Shown: positions 49,668 through 59,873 of the stretch, piece by piece
How positions within the stretch are numbered: position 1 is the stretch's first letter
Layout of the letters: each line of letters opens with the position of its first letter
Source of the DNA: Zancudomyces culisetae HAW-14-8
Taxonomy: Eukaryota > Fungi > Kickxellomycota
DNA: 64,000 nucleotides
NCBI GenBank assembly: GCA_052426225.1
Contig: JBNJNM010000015.1
Location: forward strand, 1,364,001 to 1,428,000
Direction: 5' to 3'
Notes under the pieces: model-generated
Seen by the model: the letters and a program-made list of their open reading frames with translations, nothing else
Told to the model about the DNA's origin: nothing
The model's database searches: none
Translations under genes and position numbers: made by a program

Positions 49668-51463
49668 CGTTTTTGCGTATTGTTGCTGTTTTTTTTTGTA
49701 CGGTTCGTATGCTGATGCTACTGGTAACTGCTTTGTTTTTGTTTCTAATATATCTGTATTTGATGTTATATCGGTATTATATTGTCCAGAGTTAATGCTA
49801 TGAAAAAATTCCAAATATCAACGAGTATGTTTCAGCTTTTATGTATTCTGGTGTATGCGATTATCGAAAACAAGTGGCAATGTGTATATGTATATATTTT
49901 ATTTTGCCTTAGCTTTCTTTAAAGAAAATAGATGTAGGTGAACAAGTACAGTCATACTTGAAGTATACTAGTTTATATATGTTTTATTCTGTCCCTATAA
50001 ACGAATATTACTGAAAAACACAATCTAGTATTTGCTTTAAAGGCTTGAAATCCTTTTCCTGTCACCAAACACATGCTATTGGAGTGTATTTTTTTTTAGC
50101 TTTAATCCTTTTACACACTTTCACTCCACCCTTCTGCTCCAACTATTTTTCTTTTAAATTACCATTATACCGATCCTGAAGTGGTGGTAGTTCCAATTAA
50201 AATGTTTGCATAAGCTCTCAAATGAACAAAATAACATTGGAGTGTATTAAAGATCTAATTTTATTATGCTGGACCATATACTGAAATTAAAATGAGAAAA
50301 GGATAGTGGACGCCAGGAAAAAGGGTTGTGCGTTAGTGGTTTGTAATGTGATCATTGTGGTGCAAAATAAAACTTTTGAGGCTAATGTATATATCTACCA
50401 TTCGACTTTTCCCATTTGCTCACAAAGATTTTTCGAAGTACCGATACGGATCGTGAAGGAAGGGAGGCTGTTTATTTATCTAGCTATATTGGTTACCATG
50501 ATCCGTCTTCTTTTTTTCTGGTTGTATATATACATATAATACAGCTATATGTGCATTTATTTATTTCTCCGTTTTTTTTGTGATATTTTTCTGATTTCCA
50601 ATGCTGAATGAAGTGATGTTTTTAGGCTATTGGTATCTCGATTTGTTTGTAAACGGACTAAGCTCATTAATAAACTTATTTTTTATTTAAGAATGTCTTT
50701 GATAAAATTATACTAATGAATTATTAGTTATCCAATAATAGGCTATATATCTTTATATCCATTAGAAGAGCTCCCACTATTTTTAATAAAAAAGTAAACA
50801 TTACACAGCAATGAGCCATGCCATTCATTGATAAGCAGAACTGCAGGGAAAATTGATACTGAAACAGGGTGCAGAAAATATATATTCACTGCAGAGTATG
50901 TCTTTTACCCTCTGCCCCGCCCTCTACTCCCTACCTGTCCGACCAATAGTTTGCAACATTATGGTTTTCATGACCCAGGCAAATGTGTCCGTGTACACTA
51001 TGACATATATATACTCTTGGCAAGTATGAGCAGTTTTCCTCTCAACTTTACAAGAGCATAGTATGATCTGATACTAGTTAAGCCCTTTTCGGGTTGATTT
51101 TTTTTCCTTGCGTGTTCCAGCTCTATATTTTATGAGCCTCTTAGAATTACCATTCACTGAAAATCCCGGCTTCTAGCAAATGCTCATTATTCATCATTTC
51201 TAATTTTCATGTAAAAAAAAAAATTTTTTTTTGTTTTGATCCAACTTACGTGTTTAATAAAAAAAAGATGCATTTATGTGTTTAAGAAAAAAGATAAAAT
51301 ACATAAACTAACAATTTGGCAAGTGTAGAGCAATTCAAAAGCATTCCTGGGCACAAGGAGTCAGAAGATCCCAAGAAGTAGAAAAATAAATAGGACGCCA
51401 TATAGATAATACCATATGACCAAGTGTAAAATAAAGTTTGTCGACGGGTACCTTTGCATAAAG

Positions 51464-52908
51464 ATGGAGAATTGGAAGAAGCTTCAAAAAGTAAGTCTAA
51501 GCAAGTACATATAACTACTATCAAATAACACTTTGCTCTATTCCTTTCTCTTTTGCTTTGTTTTTTCTTCTATTTCTAAGTGGGCGAGAAAAAAAGTTTG
51601 ATTTACACAATTTGAGCTAGTAATTAGTGATAAGTAGGAGGCACAATTATAGCTCAAATTTACATTGTCTGAATTAAAAAATTGAGATATAGTAATGGGG
51701 ATCGTTACAGAAGAGATCAAACAAACAAAACATTGCATAGAGATAAAGCGAGAGGAATGTCATAAATTATCAGTTAATACTAAAAGAAACAAGCTTAATA
51801 TAACATTTTTCAATTTTATTTCTACGCTTAGGTAATGAAGAAGGAGATTTTGAAAAAAGAGTCGGCTAAAAAGAAGAAAAGAGAAGAGTCAATCAATGGT
51901 AAAGGAGAAAAGATTAAGAAAGCAATAAAAGAAGAAGTGAAAAAAAGAAGGGACGAAAAACTGGAAAGTGAGGAAGAAAAGGCCCAGGAAAGTGCAGAAG
52001 TTAGCATTGAGCATATCAATAGTGCCACCGGAAATGCTAAAGTAGATGTGTTACTGCAATATCTACAGGCCAAGATGCCAAAAAATACTCCTACCGAGTG
52101 GTTTACATTTTTAGAAACCATCGAGAAGGTGGGGCGAACCAAACGGATAATAGAGAAGATGAATAGCAAGGACGAATACCACGTAGATGTTGAGATCAAA
52201 CTGGATTCTAATGGATCAACCATTGAAAAAATTGTGGTATATTTGAAGAACAAAGTTACAACTGAGCTCAAGACATTTAATCTAAAAAATGGTAAACAGC
52301 AAAATGGTAACACACATAATGTTGAAGATGAGGAAGAGGCCAAAAAAAATCAAACTGGGAAGTTTTTGGCAATTGATTGTGAAATGGTGGGTACAAAAAC
52401 TGCCGATGGACGACTGCTTAGTGAATTAGCAAGAGTTAGTATTGTAAACTTTTATGGCAAAGTAGTGATGGACAAATATGTAAAGCCGAAGAATAAGGTT
52501 TATGACTACCGAACGTGGGTTAGTGGTATTAAACCAAAACATCTACAGGGCGCGGCTTCGTTTGCCCAAGTTCAGGCTGAAGTTAAAAGCTTGATAGTTG
52601 ACAAAACACTTGTGGGGCATGATATTAAGCACGATTTAAAGTCGTTGCACCTGAAACATTCACTGGAACTTATCAGAGACACTAGCAGATACCATCACTT
52701 TAGAAAACACGCAAACAACAAGACACCAGGATTGAAAAAGTTGGCTCTTCTTGAATTGGGATTGAAGGTACAAGCTGGCGAACACGATTCGGTTGATGAT
52801 GCACTTATTACTATGCTATTATTTAGAAAGGTTAAGCCAGAATGGGATTTGTTGGTGAAGAAGAAGGCTCGCGTAAAGGTCAAGAGAGTTGAGAGAGCAG
52901 TAGGATAA
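51464..52908 (+). CDS. REX4: RNA exonuclease 4 (DEDDh); exons 51464-51490, 51832-52908
   Basis: LAIDCEMVG, LARVSIVN, DYRTWVSGI, LVGHDIKHD, HDSVDDA. A 27-nt micro-exon MENWKKLQK|GTAAGT supplies the typical Rex4 N-terminal NWxxL motif and splices in phase 0 at …CTTAG|GTA. Confidence 0.92.
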
Positions 52909-53182
52909 ACTTATGGGAATGAATGAGGAGGGAGGGTGTGGTAGATTATGAGGGAAGGGTGTTGGTTTTTAGATTACTTCAACATGCCCTAATATCCATC
53001 TTTACAATTATTTTCGTTTGTGTTTATTATTTTTTTTGTTAAATGGTAAGTGATAAAGCAATATAATAAATAACTTTTTCATTTTCTTTGTTGGTTTCAT
53101 CCACATAGATGTACTACAGAAATAAGAAAATAATAGGGAGAAAGAGAGAAAGGGAAGTAATAAGATCATCTAATCTATCGAG

Positions 53183-56100
53183 TCAATACATTTTGGTTAT
53201 ACTTGGGTCAAAATAAGGACGGAAAACACCATCACTCCACATTGGTTTGTTATCCAATACAAAATAATAGCAGTGCAGTAATAGGTTAGGATATCTTGAT
53301 TCGAAATATTGCCAAAACCCGTCGGGTAATTCTCCCAAACTAGCTTTAAGTTCTGGCTCCAAATCCTGGTAGTGGTGTTTTTTGTTTCTAATAACCCGTA
53401 ACAAATCTCGCAATTTATAAAAATTGTACCGACGGATTGTTTTGACAATATCTGCCCGCAAGTTTTTATCGAGTCTTCGTACCCAACTGCCCCCGCCACC
53501 ACCTCCACTACTACCCCCAGTAGTAGTACCAGTATTATTGCCGTTTGTGCTATTCCCGTTAAGCTCAGACCGTTGTTGCTGTTGTTGTTGGCGCCGACCA
53601 AACGTGTTAAAGTTATCGTGGTAGTTTTCGGCTGTTAGTGGAGTGGTATATCCCAATACAAATTCACTACCCTTTTCAAATTCTAGTAGCAGTTTGATTG
53701 CTGTAGAGACAGCATTTTCTGCCTCAATCTCCCTCACCATTTCGGTATCTTTTGCCGATTCAGAAGCACTTATGGTCTCACATGCATTTCTATTATGATT
53801 TTCAAGCTGCACTGTTGAGCTGGATTCTTGTACAAGTGAATCTGTCTTTTCTATAAATTCTGGTCCTGGTTGAAACCCTACACTTGATTCTTGACTATCT
53901 TCTGTTGCTGTGGGCTGGAGAAGATCTTGATCAGTGGGCTGATCTACACATCCGCTTTTATTTTGTACAGTCTCGTTTTGAGTAGAGTTATCGCTACCAT
54001 CTGGATCATTATCAGCAACATCCTCGTCTTCTACTTGCTCATTTAGCAATTCAAACATGTTTTTACTTTTAGAAGCAGCAGCATCTGGAGCTTTGCTCTT
54101 TGTTTTTGTGCTAGATTTTCCCTTTGCTTTTCCTTTTCCTTTGGGTTTAGAATTGTTGTTGTTTTGCGCTTTTTCTGATTTTGCTTTTGAATTTCCTCGT
54201 GAATGAGGTGTCGCTTTGTTAAGGGATTGTTGGGTAGAATTTTTGGTGTTGCTATTATTATTGTAGCTGGATATGCTTGAATTTTGGTATTGATTATTAT
54301 TTTTTTCAATTGGATTGTTACTGTTGGTGGTATTTATATTGATGGAATTTTTAAATATTCTTGCATAACTTTCCAATTTGTCCGATACATCCATTATAAA
54401 CATAATCTTTGCGGAGGAAGGCCAGAAATAGGGATGAACCAAAACACTCTTGACTGATGGTCTAAATTTGGGATCTTGCTGAATCATGTGGGCTATCAAA
54501 TCCTTTGCCTCCACCATCCCCTCATCGTAACCGCGTCCGATCTTGCTACCTAAATGCGATAAATCATACTCATTTCTAAGAATGCGGATCTCTCTGGCAT
54601 ATCTCTCACCAAACGGATGCTCTCCTAAAGTCAATAAATAGTAGAAAACGCATCCCAATGAAAAAACGTCTATTTTTTTGGTCATCCGTCTCACCCCCTT
54701 CTCTTCTTCAGTAGTTGGTAGATTACTAGTGTTGCTGTTAAAGATTACTGGGTTGTTGTTGAAATCCTCATTGTCAAGAATGAGTGGTTCGCCTACTCCT
54801 TGGGGCTGCTGGTCAGGATTCAAGCTTGCGATTTCTTTGCTTCTCAAGCTTCTAAACGAACCCTCAATGTATGCTGGATCTTTAAGCAATGGGTAGAGCA
54901 TAGTATTGTTTCTATCCAGGCATTCTGGGGCTCTCCATCCAACTGTTCCTGCTCCTCCACCAATAGGTCCAATTATAAACCCGCCATTACCATCATTATT
55001 GTTGTTGCCACTTCTATACATACCATCATGTCTAGACATGCCATAACCAGTCAACATTGTATTCAAAAATGAACTCTCGTCTTCTTTCAACATTCTACTC
55101 AACCCAAAATCACTTATTAAAATTTTAGCCGCTTTTTGGATTTCTGGTGTCACCTCATTCTCTTCAAACAGCTTTTTCTGTTGTTGTGGTGGAAGACTAA
55201 TCAGTATATTTTGGGGCTTGATGTCTCTATGCACTAGCTTTAAGTTATGTAAATGATGGAGTCCATTAGATATCTGTAATAATACATCTCTTGGCTTCAA
55301 TGATTTGTATAGTTTAGCTAGCGGTGATTCCAATGACTGTTGTTCATGTGCCACAAGACTTATAGCATCGTGTAATGATCCAATACACAGTTCCAATGCT
55401 ATATGCAGAAAACTTCCTTGTACTTCAGAACAATAATATCGTATAACATTTGGATGTGCATCTACTTCTTGTAATGCCTGAATCTCGAGTTTAGCTGATC
55501 CATAAAAATCTATTAGCAACCGCTTTACTGCAACAGGTTTGCCTTCAAACTTGCCCAGATATACCACTGTCCCATGGCTTCCGTATCCCAAAATTGTTTG
55601 TGTTATTTCCAGCTTGCTCATTACGTTGTCTTTAACTCTCTTATTCGCTATTTCACCACTCTTTTCCTCTTCCTCTTCCTCTTCCTTTTCTTTATTTGTT
55701 TTCTTTTCTCGTTGCTGTTCATTTTGTCCACCATATGTTGTTTCGGTCACCACAAGCTGGCTTTCCTCATCAATACTTTCCACATCTCCCCACCACATCT
55801 CATCAAGAGAATAATATCCAGGAACAATTATAGACACATCTTGATTCTTTTCTGTACTATAAAGATTTGTTGAAAGTAAATACAAGCTACATATAACTAT
55901 GCCAAGCAATGCTTCAGCAATCGCAACCCTCGTATTCCACATCCTACCTCCATTTCCATTTCCATTTCCATTTCCACTTCTACTTCGATGTCTTTGCCAC
56001 TTATTTCGCTCGGTCTCTTTGGAAATGTTCATTCCATAAGATTTATTCGTCACATTTCCACGATTTTTCTCGAAGCCCGGTACTAGATACTCGTATGTAT

Positions 56101-58369
56101 CTTCAGGGCAGTAAGGTAACTCCTTCTCAATCACATTTGAGTACCAATCTTCATACCACTTTTCATACCCCGATCTGAATACCGCCAACTCATTCCTAGC
56201 ACCACCATTTTCCTTTTTCAGCTCAAACTGCAGAGCTTCGTCTGTATTCACCCCTCCCCCCACATCATTGAGTTCATAGTTTCCAACTAAACTCCAGGGA
56301 TATCCCCTCTCAACCTGCCGACTAAGCTGTAACTCTTTTCCCGAGTCCCCACCGCTCTCGTTTACCTCTAATTCCTCTTCCACTGCAATCTTTCGGACAA
56401 CAGAAAAGTTTTCTCTAGATATAACAAAAAGCGTGTTATTCATCTTCCCCACGAACGCTGCCCAACACTTACTGCCGGCTTGACAGTTCTCCTCCCCAGA
56501 ATCTTCATTTCCCACTTGGGGTTTTCCAGCACGTCCGCTGTTCGCCGCCCAAGGGTTCTTTCCGATATATGGCCCCAGCTTTAAAACAGAAACATCATTA
56601 TTTTTGCCGCGGTTGTCGTCACCTTCTTCATTCATAAAACTTTTGATGTATTTTTGTTGAATCGATAATCTATGTCCCTGTGCGATAGGACTGAGCTGTC
56701 TTTTATGTGGAACCAAAACCCATTCTTCAAGCTCCCTACCCACATCACCTCCCGTCTCGCCATCATTCTTAAAAATATTTATTTGTGTCTCCTGGTCGCC
56801 TACCAACAGTAATTTCGGTACCTGAAACAAATCAAATACATTTACAACTGCCATGCCAAGATTCCTCGTCCATATATACTCTCCCGTTTCGGCATTAGTA
56901 AGCGCGACTGCTCCATCTGTAGTCATCAATATTCGTGTAGGCATTACACCTAGATCCTTTCCCTCCTTCTCTCCCTCATCCTTTCCTTCCCTACTCCCAC
57001 TCCCACTCCCTTTCCTTTTCCCTTTTCCCTCTTTTTTCTCCCTTCCTTCCGTATTTCTTACCTCTGCGGTCATCATTGCCGCTTCTAAAAATCCGTCCCA
57101 CCTATCTACGTCAACTTCTCGATACCCCAGTTCCCACAAGAGCTTCGTACCTCTATATGACCTCGATACTCGCTCCTTATTTGTGGCTTCTTCAAATATC
57201 TTTACTCTATACTGCGACTCGCCCAATTGAATTTCATATTTTTGGTTCACGTTGGTATCTAGTAGCATTTGGGTAACTTTTCCTCCTTCATTTGACTCAA
57301 AGATCGAGTTTATACCTCCTGTAGTCACATCTATATTTACAAACCGTGTGGACTTTGTTCCGAAATACATTTTTCGTTGGGTCTTCACTGGTGACATACG
57401 AACAAGTTCTTTTACTGTTATGGGAAGTTTAATGAGTTTTTTACTCTCATTTATCATGTATATTCTCCCTTCATCACCTGGTTCAGCAAGGTACCAGTCC
57501 TCCTCTGCGACGCCTTTATCTGTTGATGATATACCCTGTTTCTTTGGCATTTTCCGTACCCTTTCAAGCAAGCCATGATTGCTAACCCACTCTAGCTCTT
57601 GGTTCATTTCCCAATTTTCCTCATCGAGTACGTTGTAGCTAGAATCTCTCTTTTCATTTTTCATTTTTTCATAATATTCTTTTGCCTTTTCTCCATACTC
57701 TGTCGTGTTCTTGTAATGTTCATTTTTTGTAAATACTATTGGCCCGAGCCTCGCTGCCTCCTCACTCTGCGTCCAAAGTATGGTTCCTGTGGCTCTATCA
57801 AGTCCATATATCTTTCCATCAGCAGTTATCATGATAATAACCCCAAACACCTTGACTTTGTCAAATAGTTTTTTTTGTAACTTTCTTTTATCTATTTTTT
57901 GCAATACGGCATTTTCTGGCTTTCCAAATTCCATATCCCTATCACCTGACTCCATAGTGCGCTTATTATGCTTCGCACCCTTAAATAGGATAAGTTCTTT
58001 ATTCTGTCCGATCGGATATTCGGGTTTTCCAACAGCTTCCTCTTCACATTTGCCATTGACAGAATCCCCTTTTATACAGCTAGGCTCTGTTTCCGCATGT
58101 CGTAAATGTTTCGTATCATACTTATTTAAGTTTCCAATGCCGATGTTGTGAATCGTTTCTTTGTGCTCCGAATTTGAATTCAGTATTGTATTCTCGTCAC
58201 CATATTTAGCGTACGCTTCATTGCCCCAGCCATCGACTTTGATTTCATTTTTTTCTTTCTGTTTTAAATATTGCTTATTACTCTTTAAAACCGAGCCAAA
58301 TTCCTTGGAAAAAATGACAAGTGAAAAGAGTAGAAGCGTAGTTAGCAACCTAATTTCAACCCGCTTCAT
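53183..58369 (-). CDS. IRE1: Ire1 ER stress sensor kinase/endoribonuclease
   Basis: Signal peptide, lumenal domain (TADGKIYGLDRATGTILW, KLPITVKELV), TM segment, kinase (LGYGSHGTVVY, VAVKRLL, HRDIKPQN, DFG, GWRAPE), KEN RNase (LRDLLRVIRNKKHHY). Confidence 0.95.
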   Translation of the reverse strand: MKRVEIRLLTTLLLFSLVIFSKEFGSVLKSNKQYLKQKEKNEIKVDGWGNEAYAKYGDENTILNSNSEHKETIHNIGIGNLNKYDTKHLRHAETEPSCIKGDSVNGKCEEEAVGKPEYPIGQNKELILFKGAKHNKRTMESGDRDMEFGKPENAVLQKIDKRKLQKKLFDKVKVFGVIIMITADGKIYGLDRATGTILWTQSEEAARLGPIVFTKNEHYKNTTEYGEKAKEYYEKMKNEKRDSSYNVLDEENWEMNQELEWVSNHGLLERVRKMPKKQGISSTDKGVAEEDWYLAEPGDEGRIYMINESKKLIKLPITVKELVRMSPVKTQRKMYFGTKSTRFVNIDVTTGGINSIFESNEGGKVTQMLLDTNVNQKYEIQLGESQYRVKIFEEATNKERVSRSYRGTKLLWELGYREVDVDRWDGFLEAAMMTAEVRNTEGREKKEGKGKRKGSGSGSREGKDEGEKEGKDLGVMPTRILMTTDGAVALTNAETGEYIWTRNLGMAVVNVFDLFQVPKLLLVGDQETQINIFKNDGETGGDVGRELEEWVLVPHKRQLSPIAQGHRLSIQQKYIKSFMNEEGDDNRGKNNDVSVLKLGPYIGKNPWAANSGRAGKPQVGNEDSGEENCQAGSKCWAAFVGKMNNTLFVISRENFSVVRKIAVEEELEVNESGGDSGKELQLSRQVERGYPWSLVGNYELNDVGGGVNTDEALQFELKKENGGARNELAVFRSGYEKWYEDWYSNVIEKELPYCPEDTYEYLVPGFEKNRGNVTNKSYGMNISKETERNKWQRHRSRSGNGNGNGNGGRMWNTRVAIAEALLGIVICSLYLLSTNLYSTEKNQDVSIIVPGYYSLDEMWWGDVESIDEESQLVVTETTYGGQNEQQREKKTNKEKEEEEEEEKSGEIANKRVKDNVMSKLEITQTILGYGSHGTVVYLGKFEGKPVAVKRLLIDFYGSAKLEIQALQEVDAHPNVIRYYCSEVQGSFLHIALELCIGSLHDAISLVAHEQQSLESPLAKLYKSLKPRDVLLQISNGLHHLHNLKLVHRDIKPQNILISLPPQQQKKLFEENEVTPEIQKAAKILISDFGLSRMLKEDESSFLNTMLTGYGMSRHDGMYRSGNNNNDGNGGFIIGPIGGGAGTVGWRAPECLDRNNTMLYPLLKDPAYIEGSFRSLRSKEIASLNPDQQPQGVGEPLILDNEDFNNNPVIFNSNTSNLPTTEEEKGVRRMTKKIDVFSLGCVFYYLLTLGEHPFGERYAREIRILRNEYDLSHLGSKIGRGYDEGMVEAKDLIAHMIQQDPKFRPSVKSVLVHPYFWPSSAKIMFIMDVSDKLESYARIFKNSININTTNSNNPIEKNNNQYQNSSISSYNNNSNTKNSTQQSLNKATPHSRGNSKAKSEKAQNNNNSKPKGKGKAKGKSSTKTKSKAPDAAASKSKNMFELLNEQVEDEDVADNDPDGSDNSTQNETVQNKSGCVDQPTDQDLLQPTATEDSQESSVGFQPGPEFIEKTDSLVQESSSTVQLENHNRNACETISASESAKDTEMVREIEAENAVSTAIKLLLEFEKGSEFVLGYTTPLTAENYHDNFNTFGRRQQQQQQRSELNGNSTNGNNTGTTTGGSSGGGGGGSWVRRLDKNLRADIVKTIRRYNFYKLRDLLRVIRNKKHHYQDLEPELKASLGELPDGFWQYFESRYPNLLLHCYYFVLDNKPMWSDGVFRPYFDPSITKMY

Positions 58370-59873
58370 TCTCAAGACCTTTTTATTTTCTTGGTTTTCT
58401 CCTTTTCTCCTTTTCTCGCGCTCTGGCCTCTTAACTTGTCGAAAAAAGAATGGTGGTCTTTCAAGTGACCAAAGTTTTATAAATACAAGTAGGTAATGTG
58501 AATTAGTAATTTTGTTTCCAAATGAATTGCCATAAGTCGGTTGTTGTGGCTACTACAATGTGGGATCCAAAATCTCCTTGTATAATATTTATTAAGCTTG
58601 GTATTTGAATATCCTATTTATTATAATAATATTCTACTTTGTAACATGAATCTACTATTACAAGTCTGCTAAACGCACGGTCTAACCTGGAGCTTATAAT
58701 ACATTTGGCAAATAATAGTAAAAAACAATCTGTTTTGTAATTTCGTTAAAAGAAAACGACGAGTTTGCCTTTTAAGCAAATAGGCTGATGCAAAATAAAA
58801 TCAGGAAGAAAAAATAGCAGTAATAATTGACGCAACAAGTTTCCTATTGAACGACACCAAGATTTTTTTTTCTTTTTTTCTTTTTTTGCAGGAGCTTTAT
58901 GTAATTTTGGAATAAAACTGAACTGCAAATGTGAGTGTCTAATACATACCCGTAATACTTACAAAGGGATCAACTGAACCCAATAGCCAAAAACAAGTTA
59001 AGCATGGTAAAAAAAATAGATATAAACTAACAAAAAGAAAGCAAAAAAAAAGAAGGAAAGAAAGAAATGTGAGTCCATCAACGGATCTGAGCAGTCAAAG
59101 AGTGCATGCTATTCTTATTTTTTGGTCGGTTCTTGCTGCTGCGGTTAGTTATGCCTTTCGCGTTTGTGACACTTGTATTTCTCGTCTATCCTTTGTCATT
59201 CAATATGCGCGTTGAGTAAGGAAAATAGCCACTAACTCCATCATCGCTATACACTCTCCCCATCTCTTCCTCCTTATTTTTTTCTTCTTTCTTCATATTA
59301 ACTATAGAGGAGTACAAAGTTTAATGTGTAAACAGATATTCGTTTAAACACTCATGTATTCGCATACTCACATGTCTATACAATCATAAATCCGTACATC
59401 CACACACTAATTCGCTACTATGTTGATGTAAGCTGTATTGTATAGATTTTCTTTTAGTATAATTTTTGTTCTATTGGACTTGGGAACAGTTGATCATTGA
59501 CTTTGAAATTGGTAAGTAAATTATTAGCCCAAAATTCATGGAGTTTGGGAGATGCAGTAATTATCATGTGTGGAATTCAATTGGCTAGATATGGAATCGA
59601 CCAATAATCAACCCAATCGCATAAATGCATTATTCACAGGCTTTTTTTTTTGTTTAGCGAAACAAAAAAGTATATTTCCGGAATAGGGTACAAAAAAAAA
59701 ATAGTACTCTAAGGCTTGAAAAAGAAGAGTTACTTAAAGGAGCGATAATGATAGTAATAAGACGAATTAGGTTAAAAAAAAATAAATGAACTAGTTTTGA
59801 AATTACCCGAATTGAAAATAACGTGATGCTGCTTTTAAAAAAAAATAGAAAGGAATTTGCAAACAAGCGAAGC

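Noticed and set aside
8418-58369. Functional clustering (ARG2 with PRO1; SCJ1 with IRE1)
   Set aside because: Pairs are over 25 kb apart with unrelated housekeeping genes between them; coincidence is sufficient.
59065-59220. Possible snRNA/snoRNA (ATTTTTTGG Sm-like site, CTGA box)
   Set aside because: No U1/U2/U4/U5/U6 signature or proper C box recognised; an Rfam search would be needed.
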